The position numbers and the translations under genes were made by a program. A stretch of DNA of 62,984 nucleotides, counting the filler, from Octopus bimaculoides (lineage: Eukaryota): NCBI RefSeq assembly GCF_001194135.2. It is 9 parts of 8 records of this genome, joined end to end, with 100 filler letters (N's around TTAATTAATTAA, not from the genome) between each part and the next. Parts side by side here need not be neighbours in the genome. Positions count along the whole stretch, not along the records: positions 1 to 18,131 come from NC_069001.1; 8 more parts are not named here. The stretch is one strand, 5' to 3'. The notes under the pieces are model-generated. The model had not been told where the DNA came from. It did no database searches and was given only the letters and a program-made list of their open reading frames with translations. This document shows positions 1 to 12,973 of the stretch, in pieces. Within the stretch, counting starts at the first letter, position 1. The number at the start of each line of letters is the position of its first letter.

Positions 1-244
1 GTGTGCGTCTTTGTATATATATACATATAAGTATATGTATGTATGTATATGCATGTATATGTTTGTAGGTGCATATGTGTATGTATGTGTGTGTGTGTGT
101 GTGTGTGTATGAATGAAGAAACAATGGAATAAATTTTTTAATTGAATTTAATTGCAGATTTGATCGTGGCGGAATCTGGTCGAAGATAGTGTTGAACTTA
201 TGTAGCGTAAAAGAAATTTAATTAAGGAACCGCACGAGCGCAGG

Positions 245-291
<47 letters not shown>

Positions 292-1066
292 ATACGTACT
301 TACACAGGCACACATACATACATATACTTGTACATGTACGCACGCTTACACACACATACACACACACGCTTGTGCATGGGGAAGACAGTGTGAGTCATAG
401 GCGAAGAGGGGAGATGAAATAAGACGAGTGAGAGAGAGAGAGAGAAATAGAGAGAGATGAAAGATGTAAAGGCGTAGAGTTTGAAAGAAGAGAATAGGAA
501 TACAGAATGACTCATGTAGATAGATACATATTAATCTATCAAGAAAGAAAGTGAAAGAGAAAGTGTGGAGGGAGAGAAAGAAAGAAAGTGAGAAAGAGGG
601 AGAAAAAGAAAGAGAAAGAAAGAAAGATAAAGAGAGAAAGAAAGAAAGAAAGTGTAGAGAGAAAGAAAGAAAGTGTAGAGGAAGAGAAAGAAATAAAGAA
701 AAAGTGTAGAGGGAGAGAAAGAAAGTGTAGAGAGATAGATAACTTTCTTTATTGGTCACAAAGGGCTGAACACAGAGGGGTCAACTACAAATGTAGAGCT
801 TTTCTTTTTTCGAAAATGATAAAAAAAAAAGGGGAAAATAATACGAAAAAAAAATGATAGATAAATAGATGTGTGTGTGTGTGTGGGGGGGGGTATATGT
901 ATATTTGTGTATATATATGTGGCAGTAGAGACACAACGACACATAAGAAATACGAAAAGGATAGAAGAATGAGAGCGACGCGTTAACGACGAAGCCATAA
1001 AAATGCTCATCGTCTTTATCAAAGTTTTACTTTCACATCCCCATATGGCTGGCGAAAGACGGCTGC

Positions 1067-1188
1067 TCTTTTCTACTCTAGGCACAAGGCCCGAAATTTT
1101 TGGGGACGGGGCTAGTCGATTAGATCGACTCCAGTACGCAAATGGTACTTAATTTATCGTCCCCGAAAGGATGACAGACAAAGTCGAT
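1067..1188 (-). mobile_element. SINE family B, 3' half
   Basis: Reverse complement of the core TCATCCTTTCGGGG(T/A)CGATAAATTAAGTACC and tail TTTCGGGCCTTGTGCCTAGAGTAGAAAA shared with about ten other copies here. Confidence 0.85.
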
Positions 1189-1338
1189 GGAGAAATTGTT
1201 CAAAATGTATAAATGGATGATGAATAAAGCTCCGGCGCAGTTTCGGTTACCTGTTGTTATTCGTAGGAACTTCGTAGTGGTGGTTGGGGTAATAGTATTA
1301 ATAAAATAGAAGATGGAATGTGTAATAGACTTTATTGG

Positions 1339-1380
1339 GTACAACACATGTTTCGACCCGTTCTGGGTCTCTGCAGGTAC
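1339..1380 (-). ncRNA. Minimal type I hammerhead ribozyme-like motif (degenerate core)
   Basis: Minus strand GUAC-CUGCAGA-GACCC(AGAAC)GGGUC-GAAA-CAUGUG-UU-GUAC. Perfect stems I and II; core has A6>C; AAUAAA follows 2 nt later. Confidence 0.6.
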
Positions 1381-1595
1381 ATCAATGAAAAGCTCACAAG
1401 CGATTTCTTTAGTCGGCTTACGTATTGCTGTATGTCCATCAAATTCGAGAATGAGTAAAATCAGAGATAATTGTTGAAACACAAAAAATTCAAATATCAA
1501 CGTGGAAAGTATACATTTTTTAGTTTAGAGAAAATGACGTTATCTATGTATGCATGTATTTATGTAGGAATGCATGTCCGAATGCATGTATGAAT

Positions 1596-1928
1596 GTTTC
1601 GATCCCCAGACTGGGCGTTGTGAGTGTTTATTGAGCGAAAACACCTAAAGCCCCACGAGGCTCCGGCAGGGGATGGTGGCGAACCCTGCTGTACTCTTTC
1701 ACCACAACTTTCTCTCACTCTTACTGCCTGTTTCTGTTGTGCCTGTAATTCAAAGGGCCAGCCTTGTCACACTGTGTCACGCTGAATATCCCCGAGAACT
1801 ACGTTAAGGGTACACGTGTGTGTGGAGTCCTCAGCCACTTGCACGTTAATTTCACGAGCAGGCTGTTCCGTCGATCGGATCAACTGGAACCCTCGACGTC
1901 GTAAGCGACGGAGTGCCGACAACAACAA
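1596..1928 (+). mobile_element. tRNA-derived SINE family A, 5'-truncated
   Basis: Matches the full copy at 11894-12283 from the B box onward; ends GGAGTGCCGACAACAAC. Confidence 0.9.
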
Positions 1929-2299
1929 GACGTTTGTATGCATGCATGCATGAATGTTCGTATGCATGTATTTATGCATTATGTATGTATGCATGCATGC
2001 TTGGATGGATATATGGATGGATGGATTGATGTACAATAGTGTGTGGGAGTGTATTTATATGTTAGTAGATCAAAATGTCGTGTCATACTTATTTTGCAAA
2101 ATAGCTAAAACGGAGTTTAGAAACTTAAATACCGTCGAATAACCTCTTTATTTTCGCTATATTATAAGAAAGAAGATACAATTAAAAAAGTGAAAGAAGG
2201 CACTATTTTATTTAACAATAACAAAGTTCCTCTCTTCAGAGAAACAAATCAAGATTAAAGTTTCGACCAAATTATTCTGATCAATCGGAAACTGATATT

Positions 2300-2480
2300 T
2301 GTGTGCTATCTTCTCTTATATCTTCGTAAAACATTATTCCTTACTGCTGATATCATAGCCACTGGTACAAACAACTGTCAAAATAAAACAAAAACACAGG
2401 CGTTTTCTTCAATTGTTGAGGGAATAAAACAAAACAACCTACCGAAACTTAGACCAGGAGCAAAACCGTCGCTGACAATC
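2300..2480 (+). pseudogene. Possible decayed THAP-domain relic
   Basis: With one frameshift reads KH-FLTADII...KLRPGAKPSL, resembling the THAP HF-x3-D and C-terminal AVPTIF box. N-terminal cysteines not seen. Confidence 0.25.
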
Positions 2481-2888
2481 AGAAAACAACCATGGCGCAA
2501 TAAGTAGTCAAAAATGACGGAATGTGTCAAGTATGAAAGTCATAAATAAGAGTCTGTTACTTATTGTGATGGCATAATTAACAAGTACCAGGTTCTGTCA
2601 GCTTTTCCAGCTCACGACTCACAATTTCACAATACGAAAGATAACCAAATGATCGTATTCACTCGCAGATTACATTGAATTTTAACAATACAAAATAGTG
2701 ATTTTACTTCACCATTTTTTTTTGACAGTACAGATAATATAGCTTTACAAACTGACAGCAACGAACAACTGCAGAATTACTTCATTATGTTTAGTTCACT
2801 TCCATTTGGCACGTATTTAGTTAAGTGCTCCAACACTTCAATTATCACAGTTCCATCATAGGAAGTATGTCTTCGTATATACATAGAT

Positions 2889-2921
<33 letters not shown>

Positions 2922-3354
2922 CTCTCTCTCTCTCTGTATATATATATATATATATATATATGTGTCTATACTGTTTCTAAAACGAATATTTACGAAGATT
3001 TTTGCCATCTTTCTGTCTTCGTTTTAATGCACTTACTTTATGAGATAAAAACCATCATCATAATCTCAGAAATTTCGAGTTAATTTCTCCTTTTTCTTCG
3101 CAACGAAACTTAATGCTGATTTAGTACCATTTGAATGCGATTATTGTTGGATAGATTCTCTCAGTGGTCGTAGTAACACTTCTTTTATGCAATAAAACAC
3201 TATTTAGTATTAGCTTCAATTGGAGTCAGTCGCTAAGTTTTGCTTCAAGGAATTCATTTCGAAATCTCTCTTTCACATTTCTCCATCTCTCCTTCACCCT
3301 TGCTCCCTCGGTCTCTCTCTATCTCTTTCTTTCTCTCTCTCTCTCTCTCTCTCG

Positions 3355-3395
<41 letters not shown>

Positions 3396-3466
3396 TGTGC
3401 TTGTTTGTGTGTGTGTGTATATATATATAGATAGAGATATAGATAGATATATAGATATAGACATAA

Positions 3467-3510
<44 letters not shown>

Positions 3511-3531
3511 NNNNNNNNNNTATAGACATAA

Positions 3532-3571
<40 letters not shown>

Positions 3572-3573
<2 letters not shown>

Positions 3574-3780
3574 AGGCGCAATGGCCCAGTGGTTAGGGCA
3601 GCGGACTCGCGGTCATAGGATCGCAGTTTCGATTCCCAGACCGGGCGTTGTGAGTGTTTATTGAGCGAAAGCACCTAAAAGCTCCACGAGGCTCCGGCAG
3701 GGGATGGTAGCGAACCCTGCTGTACTATTTGACCACAACTTTCTCTCACTCTTTATTCCTGCTTCTGTCGTACCTGTATT
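3572..3780 (+). mobile_element. SINE family A, 5' half with intact head
   Basis: A box TGGCCCAGTGG, B box GTTTCGATTCC, body matches other A copies; 3' part missing. Confidence 0.9.
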
Positions 3781-3795
3781 TACATGTAAGAAGTA

Positions 3796-3990
3796 AGAAT
3801 CGTTAGAGCGCCTGGCGAAATGCTTACATTTCGTACGTCCTTTGTTCTGAGTTCAAATTCAACCGGGGTCGACTTCACCTTTCATCTTCACGGGGCCGAT
3901 AAAATAAGTGTCAATCATGTACCAGAGTCGATGTAATCGACTATTCCCGTTCACCAAACCTTCAGGCCTTGTGTCTATAGTGGAAGGGAA
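3796..3990 (+). mobile_element. SINE family B
   Basis: GTTCTGAGTTCAAATTC...GTCGACTTCACCTTTCATC...GATAAAATAAGT...GTCGATGTAATCGAC...GGCCTTGTGTCTATAG. Confidence 0.85.
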
Positions 3991-4291
3991 TTTTGGACAG
4001 TCTTCGGCTTTTGATACTGTGAGTTATCGGACATTCTGTGCGTGGAGAGAAGAAGGTTCCCCTTCTCTTTCACTGATAACATATTTAACGCTTCAATGTA
4101 ATCATCTACGATTTGAAATTCTGGTATCGAAGCTTCGTTTGACTTTTTATCCTGTTTAAATTCTTCTCAGATGGAAATTATTATTCGAACTTCTTAACCT
4201 GGTTTTGAAGAGTTGACAAAAATATAATTAAAATATTGGATTATTATCATCATTCCACCCCACTCTCTCTCTCTCTTTCTCCGTCTCTCTT

Positions 4292-4323
<32 letters not shown>

Positions 4324-4445
4324 ACTCACTTTTCTCCATAACCTCTTTCTATTTATATTTCTCTTCATATCTCTTATTCACTCTTTCTAATTGTCTCCTG
4401 TGTTCCATATACTGTCTCTCGTTCAAATCGACACAAATACACACG

Positions 4446-4485
<40 letters not shown>

Positions 4486-4633
4486 CACACACACACGCAC
4501 TCACCCACACGCATAAAACATGTATCATACTCACGTAAGTAGAGTATAATATGTACTCTAATGAAAGTACTGAGTTACTCTTCAGTTTAATGTAAAATTG
4601 ATTTTGCTCTAACCCGACATAAAAACAAGCATT

Positions 4634-4672
<39 letters not shown>

Positions 4673-6102
4673 AATTGAATTTAAAAGTACTACTGTTTTA
4701 TATCCGAAAAGAAATGTTACATATTGTTATGAGTGGGATGGCAAATAACATTGTTTCAAATGTGTTCCTTTTTCAGTTTCCGAATGCAAGATGAACACAC
4801 GAACACAGATAACGCGCACACGCCACACACCACACACACCACACACCACACACATATATATCTGTGGAAGGATATGGTGTTACATCCGTTCTTACATGCA
4901 AAAGAACAAAGTACGAAAGCACTTCAGTAATTTCTGACAAAGTATTAGATAATAAACAGTATTCCTTTTCGAAATCTGAGTAATTCTAGTGTTGTTCCCT
5001 CTACAGAACTTATTCTTCCAGGAGCCTGTAACCAAACTCGTGTAAGGAAAGAATACAATTTCCATATTGCTTCCTAGGCAACTGATACTAGCCAGTTTGG
5101 TTCATTAAGTCGTAATATACTTTTTAATTAATATATCTTCGTGCCGATGAATAGTAATTTTTTCTAGGGCATGATTGAAAATACTGGTTTGAAAAAAAAA
5201 TCTTGAAATTCCATTCCCCTGTTAACATATCTCGTATCAAAAGCCCTAGAAGCACTTTGAGTCAATCAAGAAAATCAACTATAAGAAAACTTACCACGGA
5301 AAGAAACAAAATTAATGAAAAACTTAAGAAATACATAGTCTTACATTATGTGCGTCGTCTATGTATACGCATACAAGTGAACATATGCGTGCATGCATTT
5401 GTGTGGGAGTGAGTAATTTAAAATTTAAATAAAGGGTATTAAAGAATAAAAAATAATAAAAGTTAAACCGCGTTGAATTGCGCCGAGCTATTTAGCCACT
5501 GTTTCGTATACATTTACAAACTCACAACGGTGTTGTTAAACGTAAATGGTTTGCAATAGTTTATGAAAAGGTGGTGGAAAGTGAGATGTGCAAGTTTATA
5601 ACGTGGAGGTGGGGGTTTGAGTTACTTCATCGATTGCTGTTTCTCCTTAATATAACGTTAGTACATCCTCTTTTAAGCTCTTGCGGTGTTTCCACTTTCC
5701 CCTTTACAAGTTCGTTTTAATTAAAAAGATGAAATAATCTACAGTTATGTTTCACTAATTTTCTGATCTTTTATTATTATTATAATTATTATTATTATTA
5801 TTATTATTATTATTTCGTTTTTATTTATATTTAGTATTTTATGTAATGTTTTATTTCTTAAACTTCATTCTTCGGAATTCTATATTGTTTCAATATTTTC
5901 GAAGCAGAATGTTCTTGACAGATTGATATATTAAGCCCACATATACATAGATACACCCATGCGCACACATGCATACAGAGAGAGAGAGAGAGGCACACAC
6001 ATACACACATACATACACACCCACACGGAGGCATACACTCAAACACGCATGTGTGCGTGTATGTATATGTATTTTTAGAAAAACATAAATNNNNNNNNNN
6101 NN

Positions 6103-6134
<32 letters not shown>

Positions 6135-6254
6135 GCATACACATACGCACAGTCAATTATATATGTATGTGTACAACTACATACATGCATAAATATATGT
6201 ATACACACTCATACACACATGCATTCATACACAGATTTATAGATACATATACAG

Positions 6255-6522
6255 GTTACGGAGACGTAAACACACCAGCATCGGTTGTCAAGTGATGTTG
6301 GGGGGACAAACACACAAACATATACACACACATATATATATATATATACATATATATACGACGGGCTTCTTTCAGTTTCTGTCTACCAAATCCACTCACA
6401 AGGCTTTGGTCGGCCCGAGGCTATAGTAGAAGACACTCGCCCAAGGTTCCCCGCAGTGGGAATGAAACCGGGACCATGTGGTTGGTAAGCAAGCTACTTA
6501 CCACACAGCCACTCTTGCGCCT
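6255..6522 (-). mobile_element. tRNA-derived SINE family D (CORE-like), 5' two-thirds, with internal (TA)/(CA) tract
   Basis: Minus strand head GGCGCAAGAGTGGCTGTGTGGTAAG...CCCGGTTTCATTCCC, then CCTTGGGCGAGTGTCTTCTACTATAGCC; same family at 35.5 kb and 55.3 kb. Confidence 0.85.
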
Positions 6523-7740
6523 GTTTATTACAATATTTTTCTCATTAAATTCACATTAAATTTCACACCGATATAGGGATTACATATATATTTACGTATA
6601 GTGGTGGGGTGTAATATGTCTAGATAGGTAAATAGATAGATAGATATATAGATAGATAGATAGATGTGAACACGCAAATCTCTTTGACCACCTCTTTTTG
6701 GACACTTCTTCTTGACCATCGCTTCTTAAATATTTCTTCCTTCACCATTTTTTTCTGTCTCTAACCCTCTACTGATTTCATCGCTCTCCATTAAAACTCT
6801 CCACTCTCACAAACTTAGTGTTTTTGTTGTGTATCACTTCCTAACATCTATTTCCCGTCTATCACCAGAAATTTTATTACCTCTTCTTCTCCAGCGTTCT
6901 CCGCACGAGCGCGCGCACGCACACCCATACACACACACACACAAGCATAGTTACCCACCCCACCCCACCATCTTATTGTGTTCTTTCGGACTGAACCCTC
7001 AGAGTAATTAATCGAAGTTTTCAATTAATTTTGTGGAAGACAGAAATACATTTAGATATTCCGAAGATAATTAAACCAGCTTACGGTGTTTTGGCCGTAG
7101 GGAAGAGATAGATAGATAGATGGATGGGTGGGTGGGTGGAATGATGAACAGGTTGACAGATAGTGAGATTGAAATAGATAGGTAGGTAAGTTTGTAGATA
7201 GATAGATATATACATATATATATATGTATGTATCTATATATATATATATATATATATAGGATAGAGAGAGAGGGAGGCAGAGAGAGGTGGATAGGTGAAT
7301 AGACAATAAAACAGACACAGATAGAGAGAGACAAACAGACAGGCCTACAGTTAGATTGATAGATAGATAGATAGACAAACAGACTAAAAAATAAGTAGAT
7401 CTAATAGATATATAAGTAGGAAGATAGATTGAATTATCGATAGTACTGGAAACAAACCACACAAAAACGGACACAAATCTCCAAATAGCACTCAATTTGT
7501 GTAGATGGGCAAATCGTAATCTGTGAACTTGCTGCACAGTTGAATTGTAATCACAATGCATTATGGATGATAGTGTAAGGTTTGAAAAGCGGAAAGTGTG
7601 TGCAAAGTAGCTTCCACGTGTCGTTCACAAAGGTTTTTAAACAAAGGAACATAAGGATAAGCATCTCCTACATTTCATCTTTTTATAAATATTCAGACAG
7701 TGGATATTCAAGAAGAAAATCAGGATATGTTTACCAGCAA

Positions 7741-7908
7741 TAATTCAAAGGGCCAGCTTTGCCCCGTTCTGTGTTGTGTTGAATCTCCCTGCGGACTACG
7801 TTAAGTGTATGCTTGTCTGTGGGGTACTCAACCACTTAGTTTCACGAGCAGGCTGCTTCATTGATCGGATCAAGTGGAACGCTGGTTGTTCTAACAGCCC
7901 AAGTGTCC
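7741..7908 (+). mobile_element. Old SINE 3' module (family A-type tail)
   Basis: Diverged AATTCAAAGGGCCAGC...ACTACGTTAAG...TTCACGAGCAGGCTG...GATCGGATCAA. Confidence 0.75.
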
Positions 7909-9137
7909 GTTATGGATAGATAGATTGGTGAGATAGCGAAGATTCATTTGTTGTACACTTCCACATCTCTTTGATCATCGGAATTTTGCTGCATGCTTTT
8001 TGCCATTTGCACAAGTTCATACTTACATTTCATTCCTCATTTCAGCTGTTGACGAATCAAGTTATCACCCAACAAATGACGAGTGACAGTCTTATAGCGA
8101 GAGAGATATTTACGCACCCACGCACACGCACACACATATACATACATATATAAATATATACATATATGTATATATATTTCTATGTGTATATATATAANNN
8201 NNNNNNNNNNNNNNNNNNNNNNNNNNNNNNNNNNNNNNNNNNNNNNNNNNNNNNNNNNNNNNNNNNNNNNNNNNNNNNNNNNNNNNNNNNNNNNNNNNNN
8301 NNNNNNNNNNNNNNNNNNNNNNNNNNNNNNNNNNNNNNNNNNNNNNNNNNNNNNNNNNNNNNNNNNNNNNNNNNNNNNNNNNNNNNNNNNNNNNNNNNNN
8401 NNNNNNNNNNNNNNNNNNNNNNNNNNNNNNNNNNNNNNNNNNNNNNNNNNNNNNNNNNNNNNNNNNNNNNNNNNNNNNNNNNNNNNNNNNNNNNNNNNNN
8501 NNNNNNNNNNNNNNNNNNNNNNNNNNNNNNNNNNNNNNNNNNNNNNNNNNNNNNNNNNNNNNNNNNNNNNNNNNNNNNNNNNNNNNNNNNNNNNNNNNNN
8601 NNNNNNNNNNNNNNNNNNNNNNNNNNNNNNNNNNNNNNNNNNNNNNNNNNNNNNNNNNNNNNNNNNNNNNNNNNNNNNNNNNNNNNNNNNNNNNNNNNNN
8701 NNNNNNNNNNNNNNNNNNNNNNNNNNNNNNNNNNNNNNNNNNNNNNNNNNNNNNNNNNNNNNNNNNNNNNNNNNNNNNNNNNNNNNNNNNNNNNNNNNNN
8801 NNNNNNNNNNNNNNNNNNNNNNNNNNNNNNNNNNNNNNNNNNNNNNNNNNNNNNNNNNNNNNNNNNNNNNNNNNNNNNNNNNNNNNNNNNNNNNNNNNNN
8901 NNNNNNNNNNNNNNNNNNNNNNNNNNNNNNNNNNNNNNNNNNNNNNNNNNNNNNNNNNNNNNNNNNNNNNNNNNNNNNNNNNNNNNNNNNNNNNNNNNNN
9001 NNNNNNNNNNNNNNNNNNNNNNNNNNNNNNNNNNNNNNNNNNNNNNNNNNNNNNNNNNNNNNNNNNNNNNNNNNNNNNNNNNNNNNNNNNNNNNNNNNNN
9101 NNNNNNNNNNNNNNNNNNNNNNNNNNNNNNNNNNNNN

Positions 9138-9189
<52 letters not shown>

Positions 9190-9883
9190 TACCTACATAT
9201 AGACATCTGCAGTGTTTACTAAGGAGACTAATTGGTGTGGGGTGTTATAATCTAGACGTATTTAATCTGATATTAATATAGTTATCTAAACCGACATCAT
9301 TTCTGTGGGGAACCTTGGAGTCGGCCATTGTTTTCTACTTAAATATAAATTGATCTGTAAGCGTATTTGGATTACCTCTCTCCCTCACTCTCCGTCTCCC
9401 TTCCTCTTCCACTCACTCTCTCTCTCTCTCTCTTAATCTCTGAAACATAAATTACTGCGCGCGCGCACACTCTCGTATTTGTTTATTTGTATGGGTGTTT
9501 GCGTTGTGTTTGCATGTGTTTGCGTTGTCTCATTGTAAGTTCTCTTTCGAAGCACATATACGCATCCGTGTCTGGATTTCGATGTGGAGTTGTGCAAAGC
9601 AATCACTGTTGTATGTATATACATGAGTTTCGCTTTCACTCTCTGTCTCTGTCTGTCTCTCTGTCTGTCTCTCTCTCTGCACACACACACACATATATGT
9701 ACATATGTATCTATCTATCTATCTATCTATCTATCTCTCTATCCATTTATCTGTGTATATCCCCTACTACTAGCAATGGTTTCTATTCCGTGTGGCCTCT
9801 ATATTTATCTATATGCTTGTCNNNNNNNNNNCCTCTCTCTCTCTCTCTCTCACTCTCTCTCTCTCACTCTCTCACTCTCTCTA

Positions 9884-9916
<33 letters not shown>

Positions 9917-10500
9917 TTACACACACACACACACACACACATATATTATACACATTCACGGACAACAAATACGAGACCCCAGTACTAGACAGATTCCACT
10001 GAGGGGACACATAGGTATGTGCAAAAAATAAGCCCTCCAAATTCCAAGTCTTCCCAATCTACCTATGTTCAGCAAATACCACAGATGAAACGCAGGTAAA
10101 CAAAGAAAATACTTGCATGCAAAAGTACAAACCAAGCCGTAGACTTTATCGCAGTCTATACACAAATAACTATTCACACACAAAATTCATTCTGCCACTT
10201 ATCGCGAGGAAGCTACACAGCTAACAACCTAAATTTTATCCACTGGACTACATACAAACGTCTCCTGCCCATCATCCCACCAGACAGATTAAATTAGGTG
10301 TGCCTTGATTATAAGCAAACATGTTCACTCAACCATGTCGGCCTTCTTTTTAGGTGCAAAATATACTGTCATGTGACACTAATGCACGAACGTAGCAAAA
10401 ACGTACAAAAGATTATAAACTTAATCATCTATTCATTCTCTACAAACACTTGACACAAAACATTCAGAGCATTGTTTATTATACTGAGGTTGATTTTTTT

Positions 10501-10604
10501 CCTTTCGTTCTTTAGGGGTCGATAAAATAAGTACGTTAAGCCTTGGAGGTCGAGGTATTCGATTTACCCCCTTATCGAACGTTGCTGCGCCAAAATTTGA
10601 AACC
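10501..10604 (+). mobile_element. SINE family B, 3' half
   Basis: Core GGGGTCGATAAAATAAGTAC and tail GCCAAAATTTGAAACC. Confidence 0.75.
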
Positions 10605-10625
10605 AACATTATAAGTTTATGATTT

Positions 10626-10830
10626 GGTAGAATCGTTTGCACGCCGAACAAAATGCTTAGCAGCATTTCGTTCGTCTTTAAATTCTGAGTTCAAATTCCG
10701 CCGAGGTCGACTTTGCCTTTCATCCTATCGAGATCGATAAAATGAATAGAAATACCTGTGAAGCGCTGAGTTTGATGTAATTGACTTACCCCACCTCCGA
10801 AATTGCTGGCTTCGCGCATAAATTTGAAAC
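10626..10830 (+). mobile_element. SINE family B, near full length
   Basis: Head GGTAGAATCGTT...AAATGCTTAGC, core GAGGTCGACTTTGCCTTTCATCC, tail AAATTTGAAAC. Confidence 0.85.
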
Positions 10831-11010
10831 TGATATTAATCGTTTGNNNNNNNNNNNNNNNNNNNNNNNNNNNNNNTGTCATGTGACACTAATGCACGAA
10901 CGTAGCAAAAACGTACAAAAGATTATAAACTTAATCATCTATTCATTCTCTACAAACACTTGACACAAAACATTCAGAGCATTGTTTATTATACTGAGGT
11001 TGATTTTTTT

Positions 11011-11117
11011 CCTTTCGTTCTTTAGGGGTCGATAAAATAAGTACCAGTTGAACAATGGGGTCTATGTAATTGAGTTACCCTCTCTCCCATTATTGCTGGA
11101 CATGTGCCAAAATTTGA
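11011..11117 (+). mobile_element. SINE family B, 3' half
   Basis: Core plus ATTGCTGGACATGTGCCAAAATTTGA tail. Confidence 0.75.
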
Positions 11118-11893
11118 CGATGAGCGATGGCTAGAGAAATATTGAGCTTTGTTTTTAATAACCAGTTGATCTAGCAAGCGGGGCCTCATATCAGTGAGGG
11201 GGGGGGGCGGTGCGCATTGATGCCGCCGAGAGGTAGGCCCCGAAACGGCGCGCATTCTCTCCTGATGACCCCATACACTTGCTGGCTTCTGGTATGCGGG
11301 GTTCTCGACTGGTAGCACTTTCATGTGCGAGTTGTTTGCAAGACATCGTCACATTTTATTCAAGCATTGTACTGCATAGAATATTCATACAAGGTCTCAC
11401 TTCTATGTCAATATTCTGAACACTTGCTTTGATGTAATAATAAGTGACAGGCATTTCTTTGCAATTCCGACAGCAAAAATGTATCTTCCTACACTGCTTT
11501 TACCCTTAGCATGTTCCCATTTAATTACCTTTAATTCTCATCATCATTTCACAAAGGAATACACGAATATTAAACGGGCCTTGCTGTGAAGTTGTGAAGA
11601 AACAACAATAATACTTGGAATTGCAAGTCTAGTAATTCTTTCTGAAATGTTCTCATTAACTTGTCTCATCCTCCAGAACGATTTACACACACGTATACAT
11701 ACGCATACACATACACACACACACGCACATACACAGTGACATACTCAGACGCAGTGCGCTTAGTTCGTTATTGAATTCCGTTATTCAAAGGTACAAAATT
11801 GAATTTATACTTTTGCTTTTCGTGAATATTAGCTACAATTCTTTCAAAATTCCTTGGACTCTTTACTCTAAAAGCTTGAATATAGGAACTAAT

Positions 11894-12283
11894 TTGTTGG
11901 CACTCCGTCGCTTACGACGTCGAGGGTTCCAGTTGATCTGAACAACAGAACAGCCTGCTCGTGAAATTAACGTGCAAGTGGCTGAGCGCTCAACAGACAC
12001 GTGTAACCTTAACGAAGTTCTCGAGGATATTCACCGTGACACAGTGTGACAAGGCTGGCCCCTTTGAATTACAGGCACAACAGAAACAGGAAGTAAGAGT
12101 GAGAGACAGTTGTGGTGAAAGAGTACAGCAGGGTTCACCCCCACCCCCACCCCCTGCCGGAGCCTCGTGGAGCTTTAGGTGTTTTCGCTCAATAGCCACT
12201 CACAACGCCCTGTCGGGGAATCGAAACCGCGATCCTATGACCGCGAGTCCGCTGCCCTAACCACTGGGCCATTGCGCCTCCAC
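11894..12283 (-). mobile_element. Full-length SINE family A with 10-bp target-site duplication
   Basis: A and B boxes at the right end, GTGCCAACAA tail at the left; AGGAACTAAT at 11884-11893 and 12284-12293. Confidence 0.95.
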
Positions 12284-12973
12284 AGGAACTAATATATCGG
12301 AATATATATGTGTGGGGCGGGTTCAGTATGATTTAAATGCCATCAATATCTGAAATCAGATTTTTAAAATGTTTTTGTTTTTTTTAATTGAAAATGGTTT
12401 CGTTAATGTTGCTAAAAAGATTTTAAAAATGTGTAGGTGACATCTTGGAAGTCGAGAATCAGTGTTGAGGTTTCTTCACAGGGTGCTAGAGAGAGAGGGT
12501 TCTATAGTCTCAGATGACTAAATCGATGTATTTTAGGGCCTTGGTTCACATATTCATCTCCCCTATTGTTATTTTTTTCCCTTTAATCATCTTTTATATT
12601 TAATCGTTTTTGCTCTTGTCTTTAAAATTCCTTAGCATATTATTTTTTTTTCATTCTTGGCTTCATTCTTGCTTCGCTTAACCCTAACCATGGATCAAAC
12701 CTTACAGTTCACACTGTTGTTCTGGACAGAGCCATTCTCTTCTTCTCTTGTGTATTGAGTACATGAGACTTCGTTATCTAATGAGTCATTCTTCCTTGAA
12801 GGCAGAGAAACCAAAATTCGAAGGAGAACGAGCTATTATATTTAGCAGGTCGAGATAGTACATAGATTCACTGCGACATAGTTTATAACAGCATAAGATA
12901 ACTCCCAGACTCTTCACCTATCCTGAGATACAAATCTAAATTATGACACCACATTGCCCAATGTAAAAGGGAT

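Larger units (their letters stand above)
10367..11044. repeat. Identical 168-bp direct duplication (10367-10534 and 10877-11044) across a small gap
   Basis: Both copies run TGTCATGTGACAC...GATAAAATAAGTAC with no difference; the second starts at the gap edge. Confidence 0.9.

Noticed and set aside
1767-2036. Recurrent peptide LLALRRLRRRGFQLIRSTEQPAREINVQVA (also 16044-17123, 11961-12260)
   Set aside because: Antisense reading of SINE family A; recurrence reflects the repeat, not a gene family.
3575-3650. tRNA-like sequence with A and B boxes
   Set aside because: No closed acceptor stem and it continues into a SINE body; it is a SINE head, not a tRNA gene.
3985-4180. Stop-free minus-strand stretch EEFKQDKKSNEASIPEFQIVDDYIEALNML...
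   Set aside because: No convincing splice sites and no recognised homology.
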